Source: an uncultured Microthrixaceae bacterium (GTDB lineage: Bacteria; Actinomycetota; Acidimicrobiia; Acidimicrobiales; VFJN01). From it: 64,000 bases of DNA. The DNA is taken from positions 15,696 to 79,695 of the forward strand of contig CAVSIC010000005.1 in assembly GCA_963727905.1 (NCBI GenBank). The letters are read 5' to 3'. A program made the translations under genes and the position numbers. Positions 18,595-28,279 of the stretch are shown here, piece by piece (position 1 is the stretch's first letter; the number at the start of each line of letters is the position of its first letter). The notes beneath the pieces are model-generated. The model saw only the letters and a list, made by a program, of their open reading frames with translations. It did not search any database and was not told the origin of the DNA.

Positions 18595-19332
18595 ATGACG
18601 CACGTTCGTCGCTCACGCATGCTCTGGCTGGTGGTCACCGTCGTTGGGGCTATTGCAGTTGTCGGGTGCGGAAGCGGTGGTGCCTCGGTCGAGAGCGCAC
18701 GCACCTATGCCGTGGAGACCGTTCGAGCGAGAGACGCCCTGGCGCAGCGCTCCGACGTGTACCGCCATCTCGACGAGCTCCTCCCGAACGTCTCGTTCCG
18801 TGCTCCGTCCGGCCGTGAGATCCGTGCCGTGCGCGCCGCGGTCGTTGGCCGGATCGTTGACACGGCTGAGGGAGCCGGGTACGTCGACGGAGAGACCAGG
18901 TCGAGGCTGGTGCCGTTCGACGCTCCTGGCGCCGACTGGAGGTCCGTCAAGCTCAAGATCGACGTGGACGAGGTCCTCGGTGGAGATCCTTTGGAAATCG
19001 ATGACTCGATCTGGGTGGGCTTCTCGATCGGTACGAGGACCGACGCAACAACGTTCCGAAAGGGCATGCGGAACCTCGGAACAGTGGTGATGTTCCTCGA
19101 TCCTCCGGGCTTCTTTCGGGACGACCGGACGGCGTACATCGTGCACGAGGGAGGGGCTCTCACCGGCCGCGTGGACTCGACTGGGGTGATCACCTTCCCG
19201 ATGCGGGAGGAACAGCCGGGGTTCATGGGGTCGATCCGAACGCTGGCCGACCTTCGCGCCGCAGCGTCGGCGCCACGGCGGACGATCGAGGTCGATGCGG
19301 AGCAGGCGTACCTGTTCGGTCCGGAGGCCTGA
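18595..19332 (+). CDS. lipoprotein of unknown function
   Basis: ATG 18595 lies 6 nt after AAGGAG (18583-18588); the track start at 18589 abuts the SD. The signal peptide MTHVRRSRMLWLVVTVVGAIAVVGC contains the lipobox VVGC. No family recognised. Confidence 0.65.
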   Translation: MTHVRRSRMLWLVVTVVGAIAVVGCGSGGASVESARTYAVETVRARDALAQRSDVYRHLDELLPNVSFRAPSGREIRAVRAAVVGRIVDTAEGAGYVDGETRSRLVPFDAPGADWRSVKLKIDVDEVLGGDPLEIDDSIWVGFSIGTRTDATTFRKGMRNLGTVVMFLDPPGFFRDDRTAYIVHEGGALTGRVDSTGVITFPMREEQPGFMGSIRTLADLRAAASAPRRTIEVDAEQAYLFGPEA

Positions 19333-19340
19333 TCCGGGTG

Positions 19341-19369
19341 TGACGACCTGGGACGGTGCCGGGTAGGGT
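19341..19369 (+). promoter_or_regulatory. candidate sigmaA-type promoter for tRNA-Glu: TGACGA - 17 nt - TAGGGT
   Basis: TGACGA at 19341-19346 and TAGGGT at 19364-19369. The tRNA 5' end is 11 nt further on. Pattern match only. Confidence 0.3.
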
Positions 19370-19380
19370 TTCCGGCCCTG

Positions 19381-19453
19381 GCCCCCATCGTCTAGTGGCC
19401 TAGGACACCACCCTCTCAAGGTGGCGGCACGGGTTCGAATCCCGTTGGGGGTG
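19381..19453 (+). tRNA. tRNA-Glu (anticodon CUC)
   Basis: 73 nt folded by hand: acceptor GCCCCCA/TGGGGGT (G1-U72 wobble), D-arm GTCTAGTGGCCTAGGAC, anticodon stem CCACC/GGTGG with loop CTCTCAA (anticodon CTC), T-arm ACGGG-TTCGAAT-CCCGT, discriminator G. No encoded CCA. Closely parallels the E. coli tRNA-Glu layout. Confidence 0.9.
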
Positions 19454-19475
19454 CTCAGCCTGCAGCTGACAGCAC
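19451..19475. terminator. stem-loop immediately after the tRNA (9 bp with a 2-nt bulge, 5-nt loop)
   Basis: GTGCTCAGC-CTGCA-GCTGA(CA)GCAC paired by hand. No U-tract. Confidence 0.3.
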
Positions 19476-19509
19476 GGCTCCCGATCTGGCCTCGGCCGGT
19501 GAGGGAGCC
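19476..19509. terminator. stem-loop GGCTCCC...GGGAGCC between the tRNA and the convergent PIN-like gene
   Basis: 7-bp arms at 19476-19482 and 19503-19509, with inner GGCC-TC-GGCC pairing. Lies 19 nt past the stop of the minus-strand gene. Confidence 0.3.
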
Positions 19510-19527
19510 GTTGCGCGTCGGCCCTGG

Positions 19528-19938
19528 TCAGAGCGGTTGGATGTTGACCGGCGCGTCGCCGACGAGCAGGGCGACGCCCTCGGGATCGCCGGTGAGCACG
19601 GTGACGTCGTCGCCGGGGAAGCCCGTGAGCGCCGCACCCAGGGCGGCGTCGATCGGCGAGGCACCGGACCGCCGGCGCACGTCGGCGGCGCGGTCGGCGC
19701 CGGCCCGGTCGAGCACGACATCGCGCAGGGCCAAGCGATCGATGGGACCGGCGACGGAGGTGGTGCGGTCCCAACCGACCGCCACGCGCACGCTCACCGG
19801 CACGACGGTGCGGCGGTCCTTGTTCCCGCGCCGGGCGGGGCGGTTGGCCTCGTAGAACGCCAGCACCTCGCGGTGGTGGGCGTGGCCCGGGTCGCTGAGG
19901 GCGACGATGGCCTCCGGACCGAGGACCAGGACCCTCAC
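19528..19938 (-). CDS. PIN-like domain protein (VapC-like toxin candidate) lacking the usual N-terminal Asp
   Basis: 136 aa from GTG 19936-19938. VLVLGPEAIVAL...VVPVSVRVAVGW...IDAALGAAL...DVTVLTGDPEGVALL parallels the PIN pattern VLDxxALxAL...VPxxVxxEVxR...VDAxVxAxA...VVLTSDPDDLxxL. The first acidic residue position is Gly. Confidence 0.5.
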   Translation of the reverse strand: MRVLVLGPEAIVALSDPGHAHHREVLAFYEANRPARRGNKDRRTVVPVSVRVAVGWDRTTSVAGPIDRLALRDVVLDRAGADRAADVRRRSGASPIDAALGAALTGFPGDDVTVLTGDPEGVALLVGDAPVNIQPL

Positions 19939-19948
19939 GCGACGCTCC

Positions 19949-20527
19949 TCACGAGCTGCGAGCCGCCAGGGCGCCCTCGGCCCAGGCCAGGAGCGTGTCG
20001 ACGTCGCCGTCGGGCCCGAGAGCGGCGGACGCGGCTTGGACCAGGTCGGGGTGGTCGGCGACGGGCCGGCCGTCGATCCGGGCGGCGGCGACCGCGATCT
20101 CCCACATCTCGGGCTGGGTGTCGGGGTGGGCGTCGTAGTGCTGGTCGAGGGCGGCCTGCTCGGCGATCCCGGCCACGAGGTCGCCCAGGGCGGTGGCCAG
20201 GCTGCCCTCCACCAGGGCGGTGAACGAGGGCGACCAGCCGTGGGCCACCGCGACCTCGGCGGCCTCCCGCAGCGAGACGTTGAGGCGCAGGGAGGTCGGC
20301 TTGTTCCGGCGGTCGGTGACGCTGGCGCCCAGGAGCTCGGCGATCCCGGTGGCCGCCGTGACGGCCTCCTCGTCGATCTGGATCGACTGCTGCTGGAGGG
20401 TGTGGTCGAACGCCTCCGTGGTGGCTGCCCAGCTGGCGGCGGCCTCGTCGGCGGGGCTCGCAGGGGCCCCGTCAGGGCTCTCCTGAGCTGCTTCTGAGCC
20501 CGGCTCTCCGGGGGTCTGGGTGGCCAC
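19949..20527 (-). CDS. antitoxin-like protein (ribbon-helix-helix-like segment) upstream of the PIN-like gene
   Basis: 192 aa from GTG 20525-20527. RNKPTSLRLNVSLREAAEVAVAHG looks RHH/CopG-like. Its stop is 10 nt before the PIN-like start. The 37 codons upstream in the track ORF (to 20638) are rich in A/T-ending codons (aaa, gaa, agg, tca, gga, ttt, gta, aca), so I treat them as non-coding. Confidence 0.5.
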   Translation of the reverse strand: MATQTPGEPGSEAAQESPDGAPASPADEAAASWAATTEAFDHTLQQQSIQIDEEAVTAATGIAELLGASVTDRRNKPTSLRLNVSLREAAEVAVAHGWSPSFTALVEGSLATALGDLVAGIAEQAALDQHYDAHPDTQPEMWEIAVAAARIDGRPVADHPDLVQAASAALGPDGDVDTLLAWAEGALAARSS

Positions 20528-20531
20528 GATC

Positions 20532-20570
20532 GGGAGCGTACCGCCCGTTGTATGGGCGCGTACTGCTCCC
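20532..20570. promoter_or_regulatory. 39-nt imperfect inverted repeat (15 bp in three segments, 7-nt loop); candidate operator or 5'-UTR structure of the antitoxin-toxin pair
   Basis: GGGAGC-GTAC-CGCCC gttgtat GGGCG(c)GTAC(t)GCTCCC paired by hand. It starts 5 nt upstream of the GTG at 20527. Confidence 0.4.
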
Positions 20571-20674
20571 TGTACCGCAAAAGCGCGTCGGATCCTTCCT
20601 GAGGGGTGCCTGTGGGAGTAGGGTTCCGGCAGTTTCACGCCGAAACACCGCCGATCCTGGAGTCAACGACCAAA

Positions 20675-20782
20675 ATGGGCAACACCCCCTCCGCTCCGAA
20701 CCGCCGCCTCGTCCGGAGCCTGCTCCTGACGCTCTCCGGTGGTGTGGCGCTCAGCTTCGCCAGCCAGGCGACCGCGCACGCG
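20675..20782 (+). other. Sec-type signal peptide of the giant protein
   Basis: Basic n-region (NRRLVR), hydrophobic core (SLLLTLSGGVALSF), and an AHA-Q cleavage-type site. Confidence 0.7.
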
Positions 20783-20785
20783 CAA

Positions 20786-23700
20786 GACGCCGGCACGGCC
20801 TCTGATGGGTCCGGGAGCACCGGGAGCGGTGACGCCACGGCCACCGGCAACATCGCCAACAGCGATCACCAGCAGGGCAACGACGGCGCCGTCGTCAGCT
20901 CGCAGACCGGCGGGATCAACAACGCAGGCCTCGGCGTGGCCGACACCGGCCGCAACGTCGCCACCGGCAACTCCTCCAGCAACACCAGCACCGCCAACCA
21001 GACCGCGGTCGGCGAGCTGCTGCTCAGCGCCAACTCCGGCTCGGCCGGCAACTCCTCGGACGGCTCGGCGGCCGTTCGCACGGGCAACGCCACCGCGGTC
21101 GGCAACCAGTCCGACAGCCGGCTCTCGCAGTCCGGCGGTCTCACGAGCGGCGTGCTCGTGCTCCTGCAGGACGGCTCGATCAGCAACATCGGCATCGGGT
21201 CGGCCAACACCGGCGGCAACACCGCCACCGGCAACGACTCCACCAACACCTCGGGCCTGGTGCAGAACGCGCTCAACCCCAACGGCCTGGCCAGCAACTC
21301 CGGCGCGGCCACCACCGCGTCCGCGGGCACCGCCGTGATCAGCACGGGCAAGGCCGAGGCCATCGGCAACCGCTCCTCGAGCAACGTGCAGCAGGTCGCG
21401 GGCGCCGGCGACGGCGACCCGGCCGGCGGCCTCGTGATCCTCACCCAGAGCGGCGCGGTCGTGAACGCCGGCGTCGGCGTGTCCAACACCGGCGAGAACA
21501 CCGCCATCGGCAACGAGTCGATGAACTCGGCCACCACCAACCAGAACGGCGCCATCAACTCCGGCGACGCGGTCCCGGACGCCCTCGACGGCATGGGCGG
21601 CATGGCGAGCCTGAACAGCCCGGCCGACACCGCGCAGGTGCCGGGCATGGATGGGGCGGTCGGGGGCATGGGCGCCGGCATCGGCGGCGCCGGAGGCACG
21701 GGTGGCGCCGGTGGCTCCGGTGACGGGGTGGCGGCTGGCGGCGGCATGGCGGGCGGGCCGGTCGTCGACAACGCTGGTGGCACCGGCGGCGCCGGCGGCA
21801 CGGGGAGCGCAGGCGGCATGGGTGGCACGGGTGCCGCAGGTGGCGCGGGCGGCGACGGCGGCATGGCAACGGGTGGTCCCGCCGCTGCGATGGGCGGCGC
21901 GATGGGTGCCACCGCGGGCGGCGCCAGCGGCGACGCCCTAGGCGCGACCGCGGGCGCCGGCGGCCTCGCGATGTCTGGCGTGAGCAACAACGTGCTCCTC
22001 CTCGGCGGCTCGCTCGTATCGAACTCCGGCGACGCCACCACCTCCTCCGACGGGTCGGCCTCCGTCGCCACCGGCGACGCCAGCTCCACGGGCAACGCGT
22101 CCGGCACCGAGCTGAGTCAGACCGAGTCGGCCGACGTCACCGGCACGCACGTACAGACGCAGTCCGCCATCGTGGTCAACGCCGGTCTCGCCACCGCCGA
22201 CACCGGCAACAACTTCTCCACCGGCAACACCTCGACGAACACGGCCACGCACCTCCAGGAGACCAACCTCAACGCCGGCACGGCCGAGGCCCCCGCCACG
22301 GGCGGCGCCGGCGGCGATGCCACGTCCACCGGCGGCGTCGGTGGCGTCGCCACCGGCGGCACGGGTGGTGCGTCCCCCGACGGCGGCACCGGACAGGGCG
22401 GTGCGGGCGGGGCCGGCGGCGCCGGCGGGGCCGGCACCGGTTCGGCGGCGCGAGCTCGGCCATGGGCGGCACCGGCGGCGCCGGCGGGATGGGTGGTCTG
22501 GGCACCGGCGGCGAGAGCGGTACCGGCGGCGCCGGCGGCGCCGCCACCGCGGGCATGGGCGGCAACGCCACGTCCACCGGCGGCATGGGTGGCGCGGCGA
22601 CGGCCGACGCCACCGCGAACGTCTTGGCGGGCAACGCCCTGGTGTCGAACGCCGGCGGTTCCAACGCGGCGTCCGACGGCACCTCGTCGGTCACCACCGG
22701 CGACGCGTCGGCCACGGGCAACGCGTCGCTCACCACCGTCCACCAGGACGCGGCGGCCGAGCGCAGCGGCGCGGGCCCGATCCTCACCCCGCAGACGGCC
22801 CTCGTGGTCAACGCCGGGCTGGGCACCGCCTCCACGGGTGGGAACAACGCCACCGGCAACGACTCTGGGAACTTCAGCACCACCGACCAGACCACCACGC
22901 TCAACGCCGGCACGGCGTCCGCGACCGCCACCGGCGGCGAGGGTGGAGCGGGTACCGCCACCGGCGGCGAGGGTGGTGCGGCCACCGGCGGCACGGGCGG
23001 CATCGGCGGCATGGGCGGCACGGGCACGGGCGGATCGGGCGGCGCCGGCGCCGACGGCGGTGCGGCTGCCGCCACCGGCGGGTCGGGCATGGCCACGGGT
23101 GGCGCGGGTGGCGCCGGCGGCGACGGCGGCATGGGCACGGGCGGCGGCATCGGCGGCGTGGGCGGCACGGGCGGTTCGGCCACGGGCGGCACCGGCGGGG
23201 CGGCCACGGCGACCGGCGGAGCCGGTGGTGACGCCACGGCCACCGCGACGGCCAACCTCCTCGCCGGCAACCTCGTGGTCGCGGGCCAGGGCCACGCCGA
23301 CACCTCCAGCGACGGCTCGGCCTCCATCGGCACCGGCTCGGCGGATGCCACCGGCAACCGGTCCCTCACCGCGGTGGACCAGGACACGGACACCGGCCAG
23401 GCGGGCGCGGGGGCGACCATCGCTCCCCAGACCGCGTTCGTGGCCAACGTGGGCGTCGGGAGTGCCAGCTCCGGTGGCAATGCGGCCGTCGGCAACCTCT
23501 CCTTCAACGACGCCACCACCACGCAGACCACCACCACCAACGCCGGATCGGCCGTTTCCGTGGCCGACGGCGGCGATGGCGGCGACGCCACGGCCACCGG
23601 CGGCGAGGGCGGCGACGCCATCGGCGGCACGGGCGGGGCCGGTGGCGCCGGCGGGGTCGGCGTCGGCGGGATCGGCGGGGCCGGTGGCGCCGGTGGGATC

Positions 23701-26700
23701 GCCGACGCTTCCGGCGCCATGGCCGACGCCACGGGTGGTGCGGGCGGCGCCGGTGGCGCCGGCGGCGCAGGCCTGGGTGGCGACGGCACGGCCGGCGGCA
23801 CCGGCGGCATGGCCACTGGCACGGCGGGCAGCACGGCCACGGCCAACGGCAGCGTGGGCGCGGCGGCCACCGCCACCGCCAGCGGCTCGCTGATCGCCGG
23901 CGACCTGTTCACCACGAGCAACGGCTCCTCCGACATCACCTCCGACGGCTCGGCCTCCGTCGCCACCGGCGGAGCCAGCGCGACCGGCAACCAGGGCAGC
24001 ACCGACATCTCGCAGGAGAGCGGCACGCAGCTCCCCGGCGCCGGCGTGGTGCTCGCCCCGCAGACCGCGCTCGTGCTCAACGCCGGGTTCGGCACCGCTT
24101 CGTCGGGCGGCAACGGCGCGACGGGCAACGCCTCGATCACCGACTCCACCGTCACGCAGACCACCACCACCAACGCCGGCTCGTCCGAGGTGACCGCCAC
24201 GGTGGCGAGGGTGGCAGCGGCACGGCCACCGGGGTGGCGGGCGGCGATGCCACCGGCGGCGGCGGTGGCGACGGGAGCGCCGGTGGCGCTGGCCTTGGTG
24301 GTGCAGGCGGCATGGGTGGCGCCGGCGGTGCCGCGGACAGCGACAGCAACGGCACGATCGGCGGCACGTCGACCACCGTCGGCGGGGCGGGCGGCGCGGG
24401 CGGCGGCGGCGGCGGCGCCACCGGCGGCTCGTCGGGCAGCATGGGTGCGGCGGGCGGCTCGGCCATCGGCGGCCTCGCCGCGGTGTCGTCGGCGCGATCG
24501 GCCAACCCCCTCGGCGGGCTCCTCCCGGCCCTGCCGGCCGTGGCCACGGGCACGTCGGGCCTGATCGCCGGCGACATCGTCACGAACGGCTCGGCCTCGA
24601 GCTCGGTCTCGAGCGACGGCAGTGCCGACATCGCCACCGGGTCGGCCTCGGCCACCGGCAACACGAGCTCGGTGGAGGTCGATCAGACCAGCGCCACCGC
24701 GCTCGACGGCCTCGGCGTCGCGATCACCCCGCAGAGCGCAGTGGTCGCGGAGATCGGGGTCGCCTCGGCCACCAGCGGCAGCAACACCGCGACCGGCAAC
24801 GCATCGAACACGTCGAGCGTCGTCGACCAGACCACCACGACCAACGCCGGTGCCGAACACCGTCGAGGCCATCTCCGGCGACTCCGGTGACGCGACGTCG
24901 AACGGCAGCTCCGGCGGTGCCTCGTTCGGCGGCGATGCCGGCGACAGCGGCGCCGCGGGCTGCCGCCACTGGCGGCGACGGCGGCGTCGGGCGCGGCGGG
25001 CGGCGACGCCGCCTCCGACGTCGTCGGCGCGGGGGACTCCGGCTGTCGCGATGGGCGGCGCCGGTGGGGCGGGCGGCATGCGGTGCGGCGGCCACGGGCG
25101 CCGGCGCGGCGCCGGAACCGGTGGCGCGGGCGGGTCCGGCGGCCTCGCCAACCTTCGTCGGCGCCTCGGCGGCGCGGGCAGCGTGCTCGGGCGTGATCTC
25201 CACCGGGCTGCCCGGCGGGGCCGCGGTGGCGACCGGCATCGGCGGCGCCGCCACCGGCGACGTCATCAACAACGGCTCGGCGTCGGCCTCCAACACCTCC
25301 GACGGGTCGGCCAGCGTCCGCACCGGCAATGCCTCGGCCAGCGGCAACGTCGGCCACGTCGACATCGACCAGAACGGCGAGCCAAGGCGTCTCCGGCCTC
25401 GGGTTCGTGCTCGCGTCCCAGGATGCCGCCGTGATCGACCTCGGGATCGCCACGGCCAACACCGGCGACAACGACGCCTTCGGGAACACCACCACGGGCA
25501 CCGACACCGTCGACCAGACCACCACCACGAGCGTCGGCTCCATCGACACCTCGGCCACGGGTGGCGACGGCGGCGCGGCCACTGCCACAGGGGCGCTGGG
25601 TGGCACCTCCACCGGCGGCGCCGGCGGCAACGGCGGCACCGGCGGCGCCGTCACCGGCGGTATGGCGGCCCCGGGCGGCGCCGGTGGCATGGCCACCGAT
25701 CACCCCCGGCACAGGTGCCGCCACCGCCACCGGCGGGGCCGGCGGCACGGGTGGCGCGGGCGGTGTGCCTGGCTTCGGCGGCTGCCGGCGGCGCCGGCGG
25801 CTCCGGGCAGCTCCGCCATCGCAGGCGGCGGCCTGCTGCGTTGCCTCCCGATCGCGGTCGGCGGCCTCGGCGGCCCGCTGGCCACGGCCGACGGCCTGTC
25901 GGTCGGCCTCAGCGGCGACGTGGTGAGCTCGTCCTCGGCCGAGGCGTCGCGTTCCTCCGACGGCGATGCCTCGATCTCGACTGGCGACGCCGACGCGACC
26001 GGGTCGCGGTCCTCCACCAGCATCGACCAGGACGGGCCGGCCCAGGCCGTGCTCGGCGGCGTGATCGCGCCGCAGAGCGCCGTCGTGGTCAACGCCGGCG
26101 TCGCGCAGGCCGACACGGGCACGAACCAGGCGACCGGCAACGAGTCGGCCAGCATGGCCACCACCACCCAGGTCACCACGTCGTCCACCGGCTCCACTGC
26201 CCTCGAGGCGACGTCCGGCGACGGAGGAGCTGCGTCCGTCGACGCCGGTGACGGTGGCGACGCCACCGGTGCCAGGGTGGGGCCGGTGGGAACGGCGGCG
26301 GGTCCGCCGGTGGACCCGGCGGTCTCGCCGGCCCGGTGGCGACGCGACGCAGACGGGCGCCGGCGCCTCTACGGGCGGCATGGGCACCTCGGGCGGCACG
26401 GGTGGCACTGGCGCCATGGGTGGCGTCGGTGGCATGGGCGGCGGCGGAGGGCTCGTCCCCACCTGGCGGCGCGCCCGGCTCGACGTCCCCGGTGGTCGGC
26501 GGCGTCGGCGGCATCGCGGCCGCCCTCGGCGGCAGCGTCGGCGCCTCGGGCGATCTCGTAGCCACCGCCTCGGGGGCGGCCGGCTCGTCCTCCGACGGCT
26601 CGGCCTCGGTCGACACGGGCGATGCGTCCGCCACGGGCAACGACTCGGTCACCACGGTGGGCCAGGTCGGCGATCAGACGGCGACCGGCGGCCTCGTGAT

Positions 26701-28140
26701 CACCCCGCAGACGGCCATCGTGGCCAACGTGGGCCTGGGCACCGCGGAGACCGGCGACAACACCGCCAGCGGCAACACGTCCGACAACACCGCCACGAAG
26801 ACCCAGACCTCCACGGCCACCACCGGCGACGTCACCGGCGGCACGGCCCTGGGCGGCGCCGGCGGCGCCGCCACGATCCCTGCGGGCAGCGCGGCCGATG
26901 GCGGCGACGCCACCGGTACCGACGGGACAGTGGGGATGAACGGCACTGACGGCGATACCGGGGGCCCGGGCGCCAACGGCACATTCGGTGCGAGCGCAGG
27001 GCCCGGCGTCACGGGCGCCGACGGTGCCGCGGATGGGGTCCAAGGAGCGCCCGGTGCCAACGCCGGCATGGCAGGCACCGATGGCGCCGGCGCAACGCCC
27101 GCCTTTGGCATGAATGGCACGGCGGTCATGGCTCCACTCGGCGGGGCCGGCGGAGCCGGCGTGTCCGGCCCGCTCGTCGGCTTCGGCGTGAGCGGCGACC
27201 TGATCAGCTCCACGGCGGGTGATGCCACCAACACGTCCGACGGGTCGGCCAAGGTCGGCACCGGCAATGCCACTGCCTCCGGCAACGAGTCGACGACGCA
27301 CGTCCACCAGAACGTCGACGCCGACAGCGGGCTCGGGCTGATCCTCACGCCGCAGACGGCGCTCGTGATCAACGGCGGGCTCGGCCTCGCCGACACCGGC
27401 GACAACACCGCCATCGGCAACGAGTCGCTCAACAACGCCACGCTGACGCAGACCGACACGGTCACCGTCGACGGCGACATCCTGCTCGGCAACGCCATCG
27501 CCTCCTCGAGCGGCGTGGCGGAGAACGAGTCGGATGGCGACGCCTGCGCCTGCAGCGGCGATGCCACGGCGTCCGGGAACATCTCGGACACCACCATCGC
27601 CCAGGACATGGACGTCTCCGCCAACGGCGGCTCCGTGGTCCTCGTTCCGACCACCGGCGTGGTGGCCAACCTCGGCGCTGGTGTGGCCCTGACCGGGCTC
27701 AACACCGCCACCGGGAACTCGTCGGACAACGGGGCGACCACCACCCAGACGTCCACCATCGACGTCGACCTCCTCGGTCTCGGGAACCAGGTCGCCAGCA
27801 GCTCCGGTGATGCCGGCAACCAGTCCGACGGCACCGCCGAGGTCGGCTCGGGCAACGCTCGTGCCATCGGCAACGACTCCGACACGGTCATGACCCAGGG
27901 CGCCGTGATCGACGGTGACGGCTCGCCGGTGATCTCCTCGATCCTCGGCACCACCGCCAACGCCGGCCTCGGCATCGCCGACACGGGCGACAACCACGGC
28001 ACCGGCAACGACTCGTTCAACCGGGCCGTCCTCGAGCAGACCGCGACCGGCGACGGCATCGTGAGCAACCAGGGTTCCGCTCGCAACGCCTCCGACGGCA
28101 CCGCCCGCATCGGCGACCCCGACTGCGACGACGAGGTCAC
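20786..28140 (+). repeat. array of about 14 tandem coding modules (about 265 nt core each) with variable Gly-rich spacers
   Basis: SDGSA-type cores counted by eye: SSDGSAAVRTGNATAVGN, SAGTAVISTGKAEAIGN, SSDGSASVATGDASSTGN, ASDGTSSVTTGDASATGN, SSDGSASIGTGSADATGN, TSDGSASVATGGASATGN, SSDGSADIATGSASATGN, TSDGSASVRTGNASASGN, SSDGDASISTGDADATGS, SSDGSASVDTGDASATGN, TSDGSAKVGTGNATASGN, ESDGDACACSGDATASGN, QSDGTAEVGSGNARAIGN, plus degenerate first and last copies. One internal 30-nt tandem duplication lies at 22924-22983 (27/30 identical). Confidence 0.8.
26915..27119 (+). repeat. collagen-like imperfect G-X-Y stretch inside the giant protein
   Basis: GTD GTV GMN GTD GDT GGP GAN GTF GAS is 9 consecutive GXY triplets. 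Shorter runs follow (GVT GAD GAA; GVQ GAP GAN; GMA GTD GAG), each offset by single residues. Confidence 0.6.
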
Positions 28141-28174
28141 CACCGCCAAGCCCCCGACGTCCACCACCCCGGGC

Positions 28175-28279
28175 CTGCCCCGGACCGGTGGACCGCTGGA
28201 GGTCGAGGCGGCCATCGGCCTCATGCTCCTGCTGGCGGGCTTCGGCTTCCGCCGGCAGGCCAAGAACGCCTTCCGGGCG
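28175..28279 (+). other. LPXTG cell-wall sorting signal (LPRTG + hydrophobic helix + basic tail)
   Basis: LPRTG GPLEVEAAIGLMLLLAGFGF RRQAKNAFRA, then stop at 28280-28282. This is the classic tripartite sortase-substrate signal. Confidence 0.8.

Noticed and set aside
20606-20674. Upstream start (GTG 20606) for the giant gene, and the 20528-20638 extension of the antitoxin-like ORF
   Set aside because: Both extensions lie in the less G+C-rich intergenic region and use many A/T-ending codons. The ATG at 20675 yields a proper signal peptide, and the GTG at 20527 leaves the inverted repeat as a 5' element.
17854-20675. Integrative element at tRNA-Glu
   Set aside because: No integrase, recombinase or excisionase gene is present. 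I found no copy of the tRNA 3' end (…TTCGAATCCCGTTGGGGG) on either side that could serve as an attachment-site repeat. Only the lower-G+C islet and the TA-like pair hint at foreign origin.
22269-25151. 960-aa minus-strand ORF (and 20866-22107, 24683-25696, 26369-28726, 26674-28551) full of PPAPP/APPVPP repeats opposite the giant gene
   Set aside because: These are antisense shadows of GGC/GGT-rich coding repeats (Gly codons read as Pro/Ala on the other strand). They have no start context, signal or domain, whereas the plus-strand reading has a signal peptide, a coherent module structure and an LPXTG end.
20786-28140. Regularly spaced repeats: could this be a CRISPR array or a PE_PGRS gene?
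   Set aside because: The repeats are about 265 nt long, degenerate at DNA level, protein-coding, and not separated by unique spacers of uniform size, so they are not a CRISPR array. There is no PE domain or YxxxD/E type VII signal, so it is not a PE_PGRS protein despite similar Gly tracts.
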